Origin: Deltaproteobacteria bacterium | Lineage (GTDB): Bacteria; Desulfobacterota; Binatia; UBA12015 | DNA length: 35,607 bases | Direction: 5' to 3' | Assembly (NCBI GenBank): GCA_009885395.1 | Contig: VFKT01000347.1 | Location: 1 to 35,607 of the forward strand | In this document: positions 34,882-35,607 of the stretch, in pieces | How the letters are laid out: each line of letters starts with the position of its first letter | How positions within the stretch are numbered: the first letter of the stretch is position 1 | Position numbers and translations under genes: made by a program | Notes under the pieces: model-generated | Databases searched by the model: none | What the model saw: only the letters and a program-made list of their open reading frames with translations | What the model was told of the DNA's origin: nothing

Positions 34882-34927
34882 GAAGGGCCGCTTCTGGAAT
34901 GGGGACCAGAGGCGGCCTTTCGTATTT
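34882..34927. terminator. Intrinsic terminator between the small ORF and acnA
   Basis: AAGGGCCGCTTCTGG...CCAGAGGCGGCCTTT then CGTATTT; between convergent genes. Confidence 0.7.
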
Positions 34928-34948
34928 CAGCCTGGGAAGGCAGCCGAT

Positions 34949-35607
<659 letters not shown>

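Overview
GC-rich bacterial chromosomal window (two near-consensus sigma-54 promoters plus an RND pump point to a diderm, non-actinobacterial host; exact taxon not determinable here). From left to right: a decayed ISNCY-type transposase fused to a DUF4143 ATPase scrap; Mrp/ApbC; a sigma-54-driven small XRE regulator; a secernin/C69-type Ntn hydrolase; a second small XRE regulator behind a leader-peptide/terminator/antiterminator; an ABC-F ATPase; EthD; an LLM oxidoreductase; an intact Phd-VapC pair; HAD and NUDIX hydrolases; a split Rv3521-like DUF35 pair with ltp4/ltp3-like thiolase-fold genes; TetR-MFP-RND; enoyl-CoA hydratase, Gfo/Idh/MocA, YciI and a hypothetical; a tightly coupled PadR / polyprenyl synthase / unknown / FtsX-type permease / ABC ATPase operon; apaG; a DUF35-thiolase pair; a BtuF-like receptor; a Phd antitoxin with a dead VapC; galK; a self-contained sigma-54 small-peptide unit; and the 3' end of acnA. 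No tRNA, rRNA, cas genes or true CRISPR array was seen. The best leads are the isoprenoid synthase-exporter operon, the attenuator upstream of the second XRE gene, and the sigma-54 small-peptide unit with an anti-SD hairpin loop. Family calls come from motifs recognised by eye; no searches were run.
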